In this document: positions 36,350-45,636 of the stretch, piece after piece
How positions within the stretch are numbered: position 1 is the first letter of the stretch
Layout: the number at the start of each line of letters is the position of its first letter
NCBI GenBank assembly: GCA_038746835.1
Contig: JBCDKH010000002.1
Location: forward strand, 1,624-65,623
Source of the DNA: Planctomycetota bacterium
GTDB taxonomy: Bacteria > Planctomycetota > Phycisphaerae > Tepidisphaerales > Tepidisphaeraceae
Length of the DNA stretch: 64,000 bases
Direction: 5' to 3'
Notes under the pieces: generated by a model
Told to the model about the DNA's origin: nothing
What the model saw: the letters and a program-made list of their open reading frames with translations, nothing else
Database searches by the model: none
Program-made: the position numbers and the translations under genes

Positions 36350-39307
36350 TTACTGCCGCGTCAGTGTCACGTCGCCTGTGGCATTGAGATCGCCGAGTCC
36401 AGAGAAGAAGAGGTTGGCCGTGCCGTTGTTGATCGTGCCGGAGAAGCGGACCGGCAGTTCGATCGTGTTCGACTCTCCAGTGATTACTCCGTCCTCGTCG
36501 ATGACGGTGGACTGAATCCGAACCGGTACGAGAATCGCGCCCTGCATGCCGTCTTCTGAGACAGCCTGTAGAACAGCGGTCATACCAGATGACGTCAGAA
36601 CGCTCGTTTCCAAGCGGAACCGGTCGGACGCTACCTGTCCATTCACGCTCAAGTTGAAGAAGCCAGTGTCGTGCCCCGACAGACCGGTCATCGATACGGG
36701 AACCGTCGTGAAACCCTGGGCGTTTCTGGAAGCGTCATCAAGGTTGAAGGCGATCGTTCCGCTCCCCGACAAAGCGATGAGCTTCTGTGGGCCGGAGTAC
36801 ACTGAGAGATCGATGACGGTGTCGTACTCGAGGTCGTAGCTGCCAGCCCAGAGGCCGCCGACGGCGAGCGCGTCGTCTGGTGTCGCGATCACGTCTTCGA
36901 CATCGATGGGCGGCTGGGGCGTTGGGAAGAATGGCGGGAATAAACTGCCATCCGGTCCCGTTGGTGGCACGGGCCCTGGCTCCGGTGTTGGCGGTGTGGG
37001 TGTCGGCGTCGGTGGCGGCTCGGGTAGCGGAGTTTGCGGCGTGGGACTCGTCGGCCGCTGCGGTCCGGGTCCGGGCGTCGGTGTCGGCGTTGGCGTCGGG
37101 CGTGGACCCGGAATCGGTGGGAACGGACCCTCGAAACCACCGCCAACGCTGCTTTCCCATCGACTGAGATCGTCGAACCACTTCGCCTGCGGCTTGCCGT
37201 TGACGTCGAGGTCGGCGTCGGTCAGGCCGACGAAGCCGGCGAGCGCGTCGAACCACTCGTCGGCGACCGACGCCGGCTCGTCGGGCCAGAGGCCCCACAC
37301 CTTTTCGCCTGCCTTGAACACCCCGGCGATGGCAAGGTCGATCGCAAGCGATGCCCCACCCGTCGCGTCGTAGCTGTCCAAGCCAAGCGCGCGGTCCACC
37401 GCCTCGGCGGCCGTGATCAGCACAAAACCCGTCGCGCTCGTTACCGTGGTCACCACTTCGGTGACAGCAACCGTCACACCCGCAGCCGGAGCACCCACGC
37501 CCGGCACGAGGAGCTGACCCAATGCCGTGCCATAGCCGACGAAGGTGGCCATGTCGTTGAAGCCGTCAATTTGTTCGAAAACCGTCGGACCGCTCGGCAG
37601 GCTCTGAAGGATGTCGCGAATGCCCTCGCGGACGCGGTTGGCCAGGCCTTGCTCGGCATCGTCCGGCAGCGTCGTCTCGTCGTCGGCGATGCTTGTCAGC
37701 AAGTCGACGAGGTACGCGTCCATCTGCTCCAACAGCTCCAGCTCGATGTCGATCGGATCGCGTGGCGGCGCGTCGGACGAAGACACCGGGCGAAGGGCCG
37801 GCGTGGGCTCGCCGCGCACCACGGCGTCGTCGATGATCTGGACCGTCTCTTCGACCGACTCTCTGGCATCGCGAACCGGTTCGATCACCTCCGACGGAGC
37901 GCCGGCGTTCTCAAGCCGATCGATCGTCTCGTCTGCCCGTTCGATCACGTACTCGAAGAACGGCCGCGACACGGAACCTGCTGGTAGGCTGACCGGCTGC
38001 GGTGGTGCGAGTTCAAACCGAAGGGTTTCGTACACCCACGTCTGTGAGGCGATGGTGCCGTTGCCTTTCGCTCGCACTTCGATGCGATAGTGAGCATCGC
38101 GGCCGATGACCTCGGGCCGCAGCCGGGCGATCGCAGGCACGACTGTCACGAGGTCGCCGCCATCGGTCTGGCGAAATGCGACTTCGGTCTCGGTCGGCCA
38201 GTCGTCGATGACGAAGGTCACGACGACGCGTGCCGTCGATTCGCTCGAGAAGCGGGACTGTGCCGCGTCAACTGCGTCTGCGAGTGTCGTTCCGAGCGAC
38301 CGGAGGAAGCCGCCGCGAATGACGGCCTGCGCGCCGGGTCGGCCGGAGGTCTCGACGCCCAGTCGGAACACATCGGTCGGGTTCTCGACTGTGAGGAGGC
38401 GATCGCCTCCCGACGCATCCTGTCGGCCTCCGGAGCTTGTCGAGCGGACGAACGTGTCGGAGCCGGTCTCACCTCGAAGGTCGTCGTTGCCTTCGCTGCC
38501 GTCGAGGCGGTCGTCGCCCGGGCCTCCGACGAGTTCGTCGTCGCCGGGACCGCCGTGCAGGTCGTCGTCGCGTTCGCCTCCACGAAGCGTGTCGTTGCCG
38601 TCACCGCCCATTGCGACGAGTCGGCCGGACGACAGGCCGCCCTCGTCGTCGCCTCGGATCAGGTCATCGCCGTCGTTGCCCTCGGCATAGGCGTCGCCGG
38701 TGCCGCCGATGAGCGTGTCGTGTCCGCCGACGCCGAGGAGGTTGTCGGTGCCTTCGCCGCCGCGGACGATGTCGGGTCCGTCGCCGCCGAACAGTCGGTC
38801 ATCGTTATGGCCGCCGTCAAGGGCGTCGTCGCCGTCGTGACCCCAGAGCGAATCCCGGCCCCAGCCGCCGTCGAGCGCGTCGTCGCCTGCTTCGCCGCGA
38901 AGCTGGTCGTCGCCTGCTGATCCGAAAATCGTGTCGTTGCCGTCGCCGGCGAAGACGATGTCCGGTCCCGATCCGCCGCGGTAGACGTCGTCACCGCTGC
39001 CGAGGCGTGCGTCGATCGGCAGGTCGATGCTGGATTCGACGTTGACGGTGTCGTCGCCGTCGCCGGTGCGAATGTTGATGGACGTCACGCCGTCTGCGTC
39101 GACGCGGGTGAAGTTGCCGTCGACCTCGAAGACGAGGGTCGTGCCGTCACGGGCGATAGCGACGGTGTCGGCGGTGTCGCCGCCGGTGATCGTCGCCACG
39201 CCGGCGTCGACGGCGACTGCGAGCAGGCGTCGCGTCTCCAGTCGCTCGACCAGGGCTTTGGGAAAGGCTGTGGCGAACGCGTTGTCCGGTTGTGATCGAC
39301 TGGCCAT
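36350..39307 (-). CDS. Large exported protein with hemolysin-type (RTX) Ca-binding repeats, a Pro/Thr linker and an unassigned C-terminal domain
   Basis: 985-aa ORF. N-terminus ..KALVERLETRRLLAV... About 20 GGxGxD-type nonapeptides (GGSGPDIVFAGDGNDTIFGSAGDDQLRGEAGDDALDGG...). Linker PRPTPTPTPTPGPGPQRPTSPTPQTPLPEPPPTPTPTPPTPEP. Confidence 0.85.
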   Translation of the reverse strand: MASRSQPDNAFATAFPKALVERLETRRLLAVAVDAGVATITGGDTADTVAIARDGTTLVFEVDGNFTRVDADGVTSINIRTGDGDDTVNVESSIDLPIDARLGSGDDVYRGGSGPDIVFAGDGNDTIFGSAGDDQLRGEAGDDALDGGWGRDSLWGHDGDDALDGGHNDDRLFGGDGPDIVRGGEGTDNLLGVGGHDTLIGGTGDAYAEGNDGDDLIRGDDEGGLSSGRLVAMGGDGNDTLRGGERDDDLHGGPGDDELVGGPGDDRLDGSEGNDDLRGETGSDTFVRSTSSGGRQDASGGDRLLTVENPTDVFRLGVETSGRPGAQAVIRGGFLRSLGTTLADAVDAAQSRFSSESTARVVVTFVIDDWPTETEVAFRQTDGGDLVTVVPAIARLRPEVIGRDAHYRIEVRAKGNGTIASQTWVYETLRFELAPPQPVSLPAGSVSRPFFEYVIERADETIDRLENAGAPSEVIEPVRDARESVEETVQIIDDAVVRGEPTPALRPVSSSDAPPRDPIDIELELLEQMDAYLVDLLTSIADDETTLPDDAEQGLANRVREGIRDILQSLPSGPTVFEQIDGFNDMATFVGYGTALGQLLVPGVGAPAAGVTVAVTEVVTTVTSATGFVLITAAEAVDRALGLDSYDATGGASLAIDLAIAGVFKAGEKVWGLWPDEPASVADEWFDALAGFVGLTDADLDVNGKPQAKWFDDLSRWESSVGGGFEGPFPPIPGPRPTPTPTPTPGPGPQRPTSPTPQTPLPEPPPTPTPTPPTPEPGPVPPTGPDGSLFPPFFPTPQPPIDVEDVIATPDDALAVGGLWAGSYDLEYDTVIDLSVYSGPQKLIALSGSGTIAFNLDDASRNAQGFTTVPVSMTGLSGHDTGFFNLSVNGQVASDRFRLETSVLTSSGMTAVLQAVSEDGMQGAILVPVRIQSTVIDEDGVITGESNTIELPVRFSGTINNGTANLFFSGLGDLNATGDVTLTRQ

Positions 39308-39352
39308 GTCCGCCTTACGTCGACGCGCCGGATTGCTGACGCGTTCTGCTTG

Positions 39353-40804
39353 TCACGCCGGCCAGTCGCGGAGGACGTGGCCTTCGATGAAGGCGGCGTG
39401 GTTTTCTTCGACTTGCTCTAAGTCCGGGCCGTGGAGATCGGCGGCGAGCGCGGCGTCGCGGATGGCATCGGCCTGGGCGGTGAGTGGGTCGTGGCGATCG
39501 GGCGGGGCCTTGCGTTTGAGCTGCGTCAGGCCGCGAAGGACGTTGGCGACCAGGCGTGCGTCCTTGAAGCCGTAGCGACGGATCGGGGCGTAGGCACTCT
39601 CGACCAGCTCTGGCCAGCCGTACTTCTGCAGCATGACACGGAGCTTGCCGTTTTCGTCGGCCAGGCGATCGACGGGCATCGCGCGGTCGCACGCGCGATA
39701 GAGCGCGGCCGTCAGGCGATCGGCGCAGTGGCAGGCGGTGAAGGGGTCGTTGATGCCCGGGCTCATCGCGCGTTGGGCGACTTCGGTGAGCTGATCGATG
39801 CAGAAGAAGACGTCGCCGCGGACCGTCCGCCGCTTGTTCACGTGGATGGCTTCGGTGACGCGTTCGCGGAGCAAGTCATCGAGCTTTTCCTGGTCGGCCG
39901 ACTGCGCGACGACGAGCGGGACCTTCTCCTAGACGTAGTGGCCGGCACCGACGAGCGTCCAGAGCACGACGTCGTACTTCTTGGCGAGCTTGAGGAGGCT
40001 GTCGGTCTCGATGTACGCGATGTAGCCGGCTGACTCGGATCGGGCGACGACGACGCGGTCGGCCCTTTCCGGTGCGGGCAGGTACGGCTCGAGCTTGTCG
40101 TTTCGCGCATCGCCGCGTTTGGGCGGGAGCATCTCGTCGATCGTGCCGTCGAGTTCGGCCCCGACCGTCTCGATGACGTACGGCGCCCGGATCATCAGGC
40201 TCAGGTGGTGGACGAAGTAGATCAGCACGCCCACCGCCACCACGGCCAGACCGATTGAGAGTGTCACGCCGACCTGCGGCACGAAGTCCGCCCCGCTCTC
40301 TTCGCCAGCTGATCGAATCGACCGCAAGAGCAGCAGCGGAAAGATGAAGCTCGCCAGGAACGAGCCCATCGAGACCTGGATGCCGCGATCGCTGACGAAC
40401 GTCCGCAGCAAGCGTGGGCCGAACTGTCCGCTGGTGAGGGCGAGCGTGGCGACGGTGATGCTGAAGACCGTGGCCGTGACGGTGATGCTGCTGCCGGCGA
40501 TCGACTGAAGGATGCCGCGAGCCCCGGATGGCCCAGCGGACACGGTCAGCGACAGAATCAACGCGTCCCGCGATGCCAGCCACTGGTCGAGGTATGGCAC
40601 GAGGATGCCCGCCAGACCCGCCACGACGGCCATGATGGTCGGGACGAACCAGAAGCTGTCCCGGAGGCGATCGAGCCACAGCCGGATCGGGCCACGCCCG
40701 CCGTCGGTGCCGGGCAGATGATCCGCCAGCAGCGACGGCAAGACCCTGCGGAACAACGGCATCGCCCTCACTTGTACACGGTCGAGGCAGTCTCGCAACC
40801 CCAC
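39353..40804 (-). pseudogene. DUF2254-family membrane protein interrupted by one in-frame TAG (39929-39931)
   Basis: ORFs 39929..40804 and 39353..39874 share one frame (the spacing between them is a multiple of 3). My read-through is ..LVGAGHYV*EKVPLVVAQSADQEKLDDLLRERVTEAIHV... The N-half has the TM segments and the C-half the soluble part of one family. Confidence 0.7.
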
Positions 40805-40807
40805 CCT

Positions 40808-40902
40808 CCGTCATCCCGAGCGCAGCCGAGGGACCTCGCGGTGATTCTGCGACGATGGTCAGGCGAGGTCCTTCGACTCGCTGCGCTCGCTCAGGATGAC
40901 GG
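40808..40902 (-). repeat. Palindromic intergenic element, family A, copy 4 (inverted orientation)
   Basis: The reverse complement reads CCGTCATCCTGAGCGAGCGCAGCGAGTCGAAGGACCTCG-CCTGACCATCGTCGCAGAATCACCG-CGAGGTCCCTCGGCTGCGCTCGGGATGACGG. Confidence 0.95.
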
Positions 40903-40919
40903 AGGTTGCGGTGAGGGTG

Positions 40920-42080
40920 TTACCTGCCCACTGCGCGGCGTTTGACACGTTCCTGTGCAGCGGCGGGTGTCATCGCTTTCAGGAAGCTCTCGTTGGTCGG
41001 GTGCTGCCCGACGGCCTGGATGAGCGTCTTGAGCGCCGGGATCGGCGGCATGGCGGCGAGGTGTTTGCGGATGTTGATGATCGCGGGCATGTGGTGCGGT
41101 GCGATCAGGTTCTCTTCCTTCCGCGTCGCACTGTTGGCCAGCCAGATCGCCGGGAAGACCCGGTCGTTGGCGGCCTTTCGGTCGAGGGTGATCTCCATGT
41201 TGCCCGTCCCCTTGAACTCCTCGAAGATCACGTCATCCATCCGGCTGTTGGTCTGGACGAGGGCCGTGGCGATGATGGTGAGGCTGCCGCCGCCTTCGAT
41301 CTTGCGGGCGGCACCGAAGATCTTCTTCGGGATTTCGAGTGCCCGTGCATCGATGCCGCCGGACATGAGCTTGCCGCTGTTGGTGCCGCGGTTGAACGCC
41401 CTGCCGAGCCGCGTCAGCGAGTCCATAAGGACGATGACGTCGCGCCCCGTCTCCGCCAGCCGCTTGAAGCGATCGGAGGCGAGGCTGCAGAGGTCGATGT
41501 GCTGTCGGGTGTCGTTGTCGTTGGAGGAGGCGATGACCGTGCCGGGAACGTTGCGCCGCATATCGGTCACTTCCTCGGGCCGCTCGTCGACGAGGAGGAG
41601 GTAGAGGTCGGCCTGGGGGTTGTTGGCGTGGATGCCCTTGGCCAGGTTCTGCATGAGCACCGTCTTGCCGGTGCGTGGCGGCGCGACGATGAGCCCGCGT
41701 TGCCCCAAGCCGATGGGGGCGATGAGGTCGATGATTCGGCTGGTGACTTCCTTGGGGTCGTGCTCGAGCCTGATCTGCGGGCCGGGGTCGAGGGCGACGG
41801 TTTCGTAGATGGGCGTGATCTGCTGCCACAGATCGGGCTTCATGTCCTCGACGAGTTCGACGTCTTTGACCTTGCCGTTCTGCCGCAGCGAGAGTGTCAG
41901 CAGATTACCGGGACGGAGGCGATGCTCATCGATGAGCCGCCGGGGGACGACGGGCGACTTGCCGGTGCCGGGCAGTCGAAGGGTGCGCAGCAGTGCGTCG
42001 GGCTCGCGTAGCGAACCATCGGCGCGGTCGTTGGGGACGTGCAGGACGCCCTGGAGGGTCGAAGAACCCGAATCGCTCAT
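40920..42080 (-). CDS. rho: Transcription termination factor Rho
   Basis: 386-aa ORF. Walker A GLIVAPPRTGKTVLMQ, ..LLVDERPEEVTDM.., ..SGGIDARALEIPKKIFGAARKIEGGGSLTIIATALV.. and ..GTGNMEITLDR... Confidence 0.95.
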   Translation of the reverse strand: MSDSGSSTLQGVLHVPNDRADGSLREPDALLRTLRLPGTGKSPVVPRRLIDEHRLRPGNLLTLSLRQNGKVKDVELVEDMKPDLWQQITPIYETVALDPGPQIRLEHDPKEVTSRIIDLIAPIGLGQRGLIVAPPRTGKTVLMQNLAKGIHANNPQADLYLLLVDERPEEVTDMRRNVPGTVIASSNDNDTRQHIDLCSLASDRFKRLAETGRDVIVLMDSLTRLGRAFNRGTNSGKLMSGGIDARALEIPKKIFGAARKIEGGGSLTIIATALVQTNSRMDDVIFEEFKGTGNMEITLDRKAANDRVFPAIWLANSATRKEENLIAPHHMPAIINIRKHLAAMPPIPALKTLIQAVGQHPTNESFLKAMTPAAAQERVKRRAVGR

Positions 42081-42332
42081 CAGAATGTCGTCGTAGGACG
42101 GCCCGCGGCACCGGGATCGGCGCGTCGTGCGGGCTCAGTCATGCACTTCGCCGTTGAAGCACCCGTTGTGCTGCCGTGCAAAGTCGCATTGGCGGGGAGC
42201 CAGGTCCAGCCACTTTCCCCAAGGAGGCCCCGGCGTCTGCCGCGACTTTAGGCTCCCGAGCGGGCAGATGCCCGTCTGAGCGGGGTTTGCGTCAAGCTGA
42301 AGCGGGGTCGGGGACCGGAATTGGGTGTCCGT

Positions 42333-42410
42333 CACGCCGTGGCGCTAGCCGCGGATTCTGCGCGATCATCAGCTCCGTCTCCCCGAATCCGCGGCTGGCG
42401 CCGCGGCGTG
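42333..42410. repeat. Long hairpin (family C) in the rho / yqeY divergent intergenic region
   Basis: CACGCCGTGGCGCTAGCCGCGGATTC (42333-42358) pairs with GAATCCGCGGCTGGCGCCGCGGCGTG (42385-42410). That is 24 of 26 complementary positions around a 26-nt loop. Confidence 0.85.
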
Positions 42411-42449
42411 GGTGGTCTTCGTAGTGTGGCTGGTCCCAACTGACGCACC

Positions 42450-42902
42450 ATGAGTGAATCTGCCGACGACTTGCTGACACGCCTCCAGACCGACATGAAG
42501 GCTGCGATGAAGGCCGGGGAGAAGGAGAAGCTGGCGGTGATCCGCATGCTCCTCTCCGAAGCCCGGACGGCCGACCTGCAGAACCCGCCCTCGACGCCCG
42601 AGAAGCTCGTCGCCGCCTACGGCAAGCGGCTGTCCAAGAGCCGCGACGAGTACCAGAAGCTCGGCGACGACGCCCAGGTGCAGCAGCTCGACGCGGAGCT
42701 TGAGATCGTCGGCACCTATCTGCCCAAGCAGGCGGACTCTGGCGAGACGGTCGCGTTGGTCAACGCGTTTCTTGCCGAGCACCCGGAATTCGGTCCGAGT
42801 GACATCGGGCGTGCGACGGGCATGTTCATGAAGTCGTCGGGCGGCGCGGTCGATGCGAAAGCTGCCAACGGACGGATTCGTGAGGTCTTGTCACAGAAGT
42901 AA
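42450..42902 (+). CDS. yqeY: GatB/YqeY-domain protein
   Basis: 150-aa ORF. Motifs ..LLTRLQTDMKAAMKAGEKEKLAVIRMLLSE.. and ..IVGTYLPKQ... Confidence 0.8.
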   Translation: MSESADDLLTRLQTDMKAAMKAGEKEKLAVIRMLLSEARTADLQNPPSTPEKLVAAYGKRLSKSRDEYQKLGDDAQVQQLDAELEIVGTYLPKQADSGETVALVNAFLAEHPEFGPSDIGRATGMFMKSSGGAVDAKAANGRIREVLSQK

Positions 42903-42934
42903 CGGATTGTTTTGGAAAATGCGTGATTTCCAGT

Positions 42935-43023
42935 GAAGCCGTGGGCTGAGCGAAGCGATCCCCCGGAGCGAGGATCGGTCGCGCCATCGTTCCGGGGGAT
43001 CGCTCCGCTCACCCCACGGCTTC
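42935..43023. repeat. Palindromic element, family B
   Basis: GAAGCCGTGGGCTGAGCGAAGCGATCCCCCGGA ... TCCGGGGGATCGCTCCGCTCACCCCACGGCTTC. The arms are ~33 nt. The right arm contains the stop codon of mqnA. Confidence 0.9.
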
Positions 43024-43854
43024 GGGGGTTTGGGTCGTCGTGGTGGGTGCGACGAGGACGTCGCGTGGGGGTTCGGAGAGCGCGCCGACTTCGTGTGCGA
43101 GGGCGTGAAAGAGCCGGATCGCTTCAAGCTGACGAGGTCCGATCTCGTAGCGCAGGAACTCGGTGAAGTACCGCATCGCGAGTCCCGCGGGCCAGCCACG
43201 CGGGACAGCATGATCTCGGACGATCGCGTCGAGCACCGCGGGCTGCAGTCCTTCCTCGCGACACGTCACAAGCCGACTCGGCAGGTCGCCCAGATCCACG
43301 TGCTCGAACTGCGTCCACACCGCGAACACGAACGGCAGTCCCGTCAGCCGCTTCCACGCCAGCCCGAGGTCGAGCTGGTGGTCGTACCCCGCCGGCTCTT
43401 CGCAGACGACCTTGTCGCCGATGAGCAGCAAGGCCTCGTCGTCCTCGCCCGTCGCCTCGGCGAGCTTGCGGCGTTCGGGCACGATGCCGAACAACTTTTC
43501 GAGGACGATCCGCGACAACGCCACGCTCGTGTGCGAGTCGCCGTCGACGGCCAGATGTCGAATCTGCTCCAGCGGCCTGCGTGAGAAGAGGCGGACGGTG
43601 AGCGTCTCGCCGTCGCAGCCGATCCCGCCGACGGGCAGAATCGCAAAGTTGTGCCATCGCTGCAGGTCAATCGTCGGCAGCAACGCGACGTCGAAGCCGC
43701 CGAGCTTCATCTTCGAAAGCAGCCGGCTTGGCACCGCGAGATCCAGCTGCACGCTCCCGTCATCCGCCAATCCGTGGATGAGCGGCTTGGCGTTGACGTA
43801 GGCGACGCTGGCAACGCGGTGCACGGCGAAGTCTACGAGCCGGCTGCCTTTCAA
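43009..43854 (-). CDS. mqnA: Chorismate dehydratase MqnA (futalosine menaquinone pathway)
   Basis: Within ORF 43009..43920. TTG 43854 was chosen because it lies after the upstream gene's stop at 43866. Motifs ..VASVAYVNAKPLIHGL.., ..FDVALLPTIDL.., ..DGDSHTSVALSRIVL.. and ..GLPFVFAVWT... Confidence 0.8.
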   Translation of the reverse strand: MKGSRLVDFAVHRVASVAYVNAKPLIHGLADDGSVQLDLAVPSRLLSKMKLGGFDVALLPTIDLQRWHNFAILPVGGIGCDGETLTVRLFSRRPLEQIRHLAVDGDSHTSVALSRIVLEKLFGIVPERRKLAEATGEDDEALLLIGDKVVCEEPAGYDHQLDLGLAWKRLTGLPFVFAVWTQFEHVDLGDLPSRLVTCREEGLQPAVLDAIVRDHAVPRGWPAGLAMRYFTEFLRYEIGPRQLEAIRLFHALAHEVGALSEPPRDVLVAPTTTTQTPEAVG

Positions 43855-43865
43855 TTGCCGCGACG

Positions 43866-45197
43866 TCAGTGGCTCTTGGCGTCGTTGTCGATGTCGGGCT
43901 CGGTCGCGAGGCGTCGCCACTGCGTGGGCGTGAGTCCTGTCGCCTGCTTGAAGCGGCTGGTGAAGTGCGACTGGTGGGCAAACCCGCAGTCGGCCGCGAT
44001 CTGCTTGAGGTCCTTCGTCCGGGCGGCGAGTTGCCGCTTGGACTCGGCGATCTGGCAGTCGAACAGATAGTGCTTGGGCGTGATGCCCAGAAGGTCCGTG
44101 AACCGCCGATGGAAGTGGAACGGCGAGAGGTGGACCGTCTTGGCGATCCGCTGCAGGCTCGCGTCGCCGGCGTAGTTCTCCTGCATGAACTGCATCGCCG
44201 GGATCAGCCGGCCGATCTCGTCATCGGCGGCGAAGTCGCTTGGCCGAAGGCTGCTCCAGGCCTCGCAGTCGGGCTGATGGCTCGCAAACGCCACCGGCTC
44301 GTCGCGATCGAGCACGCCGGTGATCGCGGGATAGCGGGGGAACATCGTCAGTCGAAACACCCAGCAATCGCCCAGGCGATCGGGCACGAGCAGGCGATCC
44401 GCGTTGCTCCCGGCGGCCTTGGGCTTCAGACGCGGGTCGGCGGGCTCGTCGGAAGGTGGCGGTGCTTCGGTCTCGAACACGTTCAGTCGATCGTCGACGA
44501 TGTCGAGCAGATTGTGCCGGAGCACGTCGTCGAGCACGTCGTCCTTGTCCCGCGGCGAGACGATGCGCCGGCCGCGGACGATCGCGAACTGCCGGTGGAC
44601 GAGGTGATGGGCCAGCGGATGATTGTCGTGCTTGAACCGATCGATCTCCTGCTGACGTGCGTGCGCCTCGTCGAAGTCGGCAGCGACTTTCAGCAGTTGA
44701 AGCAGCTCGTCGATGGAGAATTCGCCGATCTCCCGGGTGCGGTAGAGGTGCAACAGCCCGCGATATCCTGCGAGAATCGGCCCGTCGAGCGGAATGGCCG
44801 CGTAGTGCGCCAGGCCGTTGGGCTTCAGGAACGACTCGGCAAACGCGTCGGCGACCGGTCCGAGCGGTTGGCCTGTCGCCGAGGTCGCGAGGTCGTTGCC
44901 GCGATGGACGTCGCCGGGCTCTGCGGTTCCGCGGACGTCGCTGAGCCGCACCGGCACGCCGAGCGTGAGCGCCTGCCACGCGACCGGATCGCGGCCGTGC
45001 TCTTGCCGGCTGTAAGCCCGCATGCGTTGGAGGTCGGTCTGCCGGGGCTGCGTGATTTGCAGTCCGCCGCGAGGCAGCGTGGTCGAGAGTGTGGCGTCGC
45101 TGAATCGGACGACGTTCGAGATGCGCTCGAAGGTGACGTTGTAGACGATCGTGCCTGCGTGGCTTGCGTCGACCAGACTGTCACTGTTGGGAACCAT
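43866..45197 (-). CDS. AraC-family transcriptional regulator with a ~340-aa unassigned N-terminal domain
   Basis: Within ORF 43866..45245; ATG 45197 has GGAGG 7 nt upstream. C-terminal HTH pair ..LQRIAKTVHLSPFHFHRRFTDLLGITPKHYL.. and ..IAADCGFAHQSHFTSRFKQATGLTPTQWRR. Confidence 0.85.
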   Translation of the reverse strand: MVPNSDSLVDASHAGTIVYNVTFERISNVVRFSDATLSTTLPRGGLQITQPRQTDLQRMRAYSRQEHGRDPVAWQALTLGVPVRLSDVRGTAEPGDVHRGNDLATSATGQPLGPVADAFAESFLKPNGLAHYAAIPLDGPILAGYRGLLHLYRTREIGEFSIDELLQLLKVAADFDEAHARQQEIDRFKHDNHPLAHHLVHRQFAIVRGRRIVSPRDKDDVLDDVLRHNLLDIVDDRLNVFETEAPPPSDEPADPRLKPKAAGSNADRLLVPDRLGDCWVFRLTMFPRYPAITGVLDRDEPVAFASHQPDCEAWSSLRPSDFAADDEIGRLIPAMQFMQENYAGDASLQRIAKTVHLSPFHFHRRFTDLLGITPKHYLFDCQIAESKRQLAARTKDLKQIAADCGFAHQSHFTSRFKQATGLTPTQWRRLATEPDIDNDAKSH

Positions 45198-45573
45198 CAA
45201 AACCTCCTGTCCGCACCACCCGATCCGGCATCTCCACCCGCCCAAGCTCCTTCGCGTGGGTCCTCAAAAAGTAGACGTCCTTGGATGTGAGGAGGTTCCA
45301 AAACGGGCGACAAGGTCATGCAAAACTGGAAAGTCAAGATTCTGCAAGTAGAGCGTCGTCCAACCGCAGCGTGACGCGCTGCCGCCGGGCAACATCCGGC
45401 GTGGTCTGCCCTGTTGAACGTCGCTGGCTCAGCCACAGAGCCGTTCGACGCGACGGCCCGGCGTTCGCTAGATGGCCGGGGTGCGGCCGCTGTGGACCAA
45501 CTCCGCCCTCTTCGGCCGGGCCGCAAGACTCGGCCATTTCCGGACGCCGGTGCTGGCTCGGCTGGAGCAACTG

Positions 45574-45636
45574 ATGGGCACGACGAAGCTCCGCGTCGCC
45601 CTGCTCGCGGTCGGTGCGTTCGCGGCGCTCTGCTGA
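45574..45636 (+). CDS. 20-codon hydrophobic mini-ORF (speculative)
   Basis: ATG 45574 has GGAG ~8 nt upstream. It encodes MGTTKLRVALLAVGAFAALC followed by TGA, convergent with the Fur-like gene. It is not in the ORF track because it is too short. Confidence 0.2.
   Translation: MGTTKLRVALLAVGAFAALC

Noticed and set aside
36906-37373. ORF encoding a Gly/Val-rich low-complexity peptide (..GVGGVGVGVGGGSGSGV..).
   Set aside because: It is the reverse complement of the Pro/Thr linker of the RTX-repeat gene, so it is not an independent gene.
39929-39931. Reading the in-frame TAG as pyrrolysine or as evidence for an alternative genetic code.
   Set aside because: It is the only such case among ~60 genes in the window. 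TAG is used as a normal stop elsewhere (for example the SCO1-like gene at 27896), and no pyl genes were seen. A nonsense mutation or sequencing error is more parsimonious.
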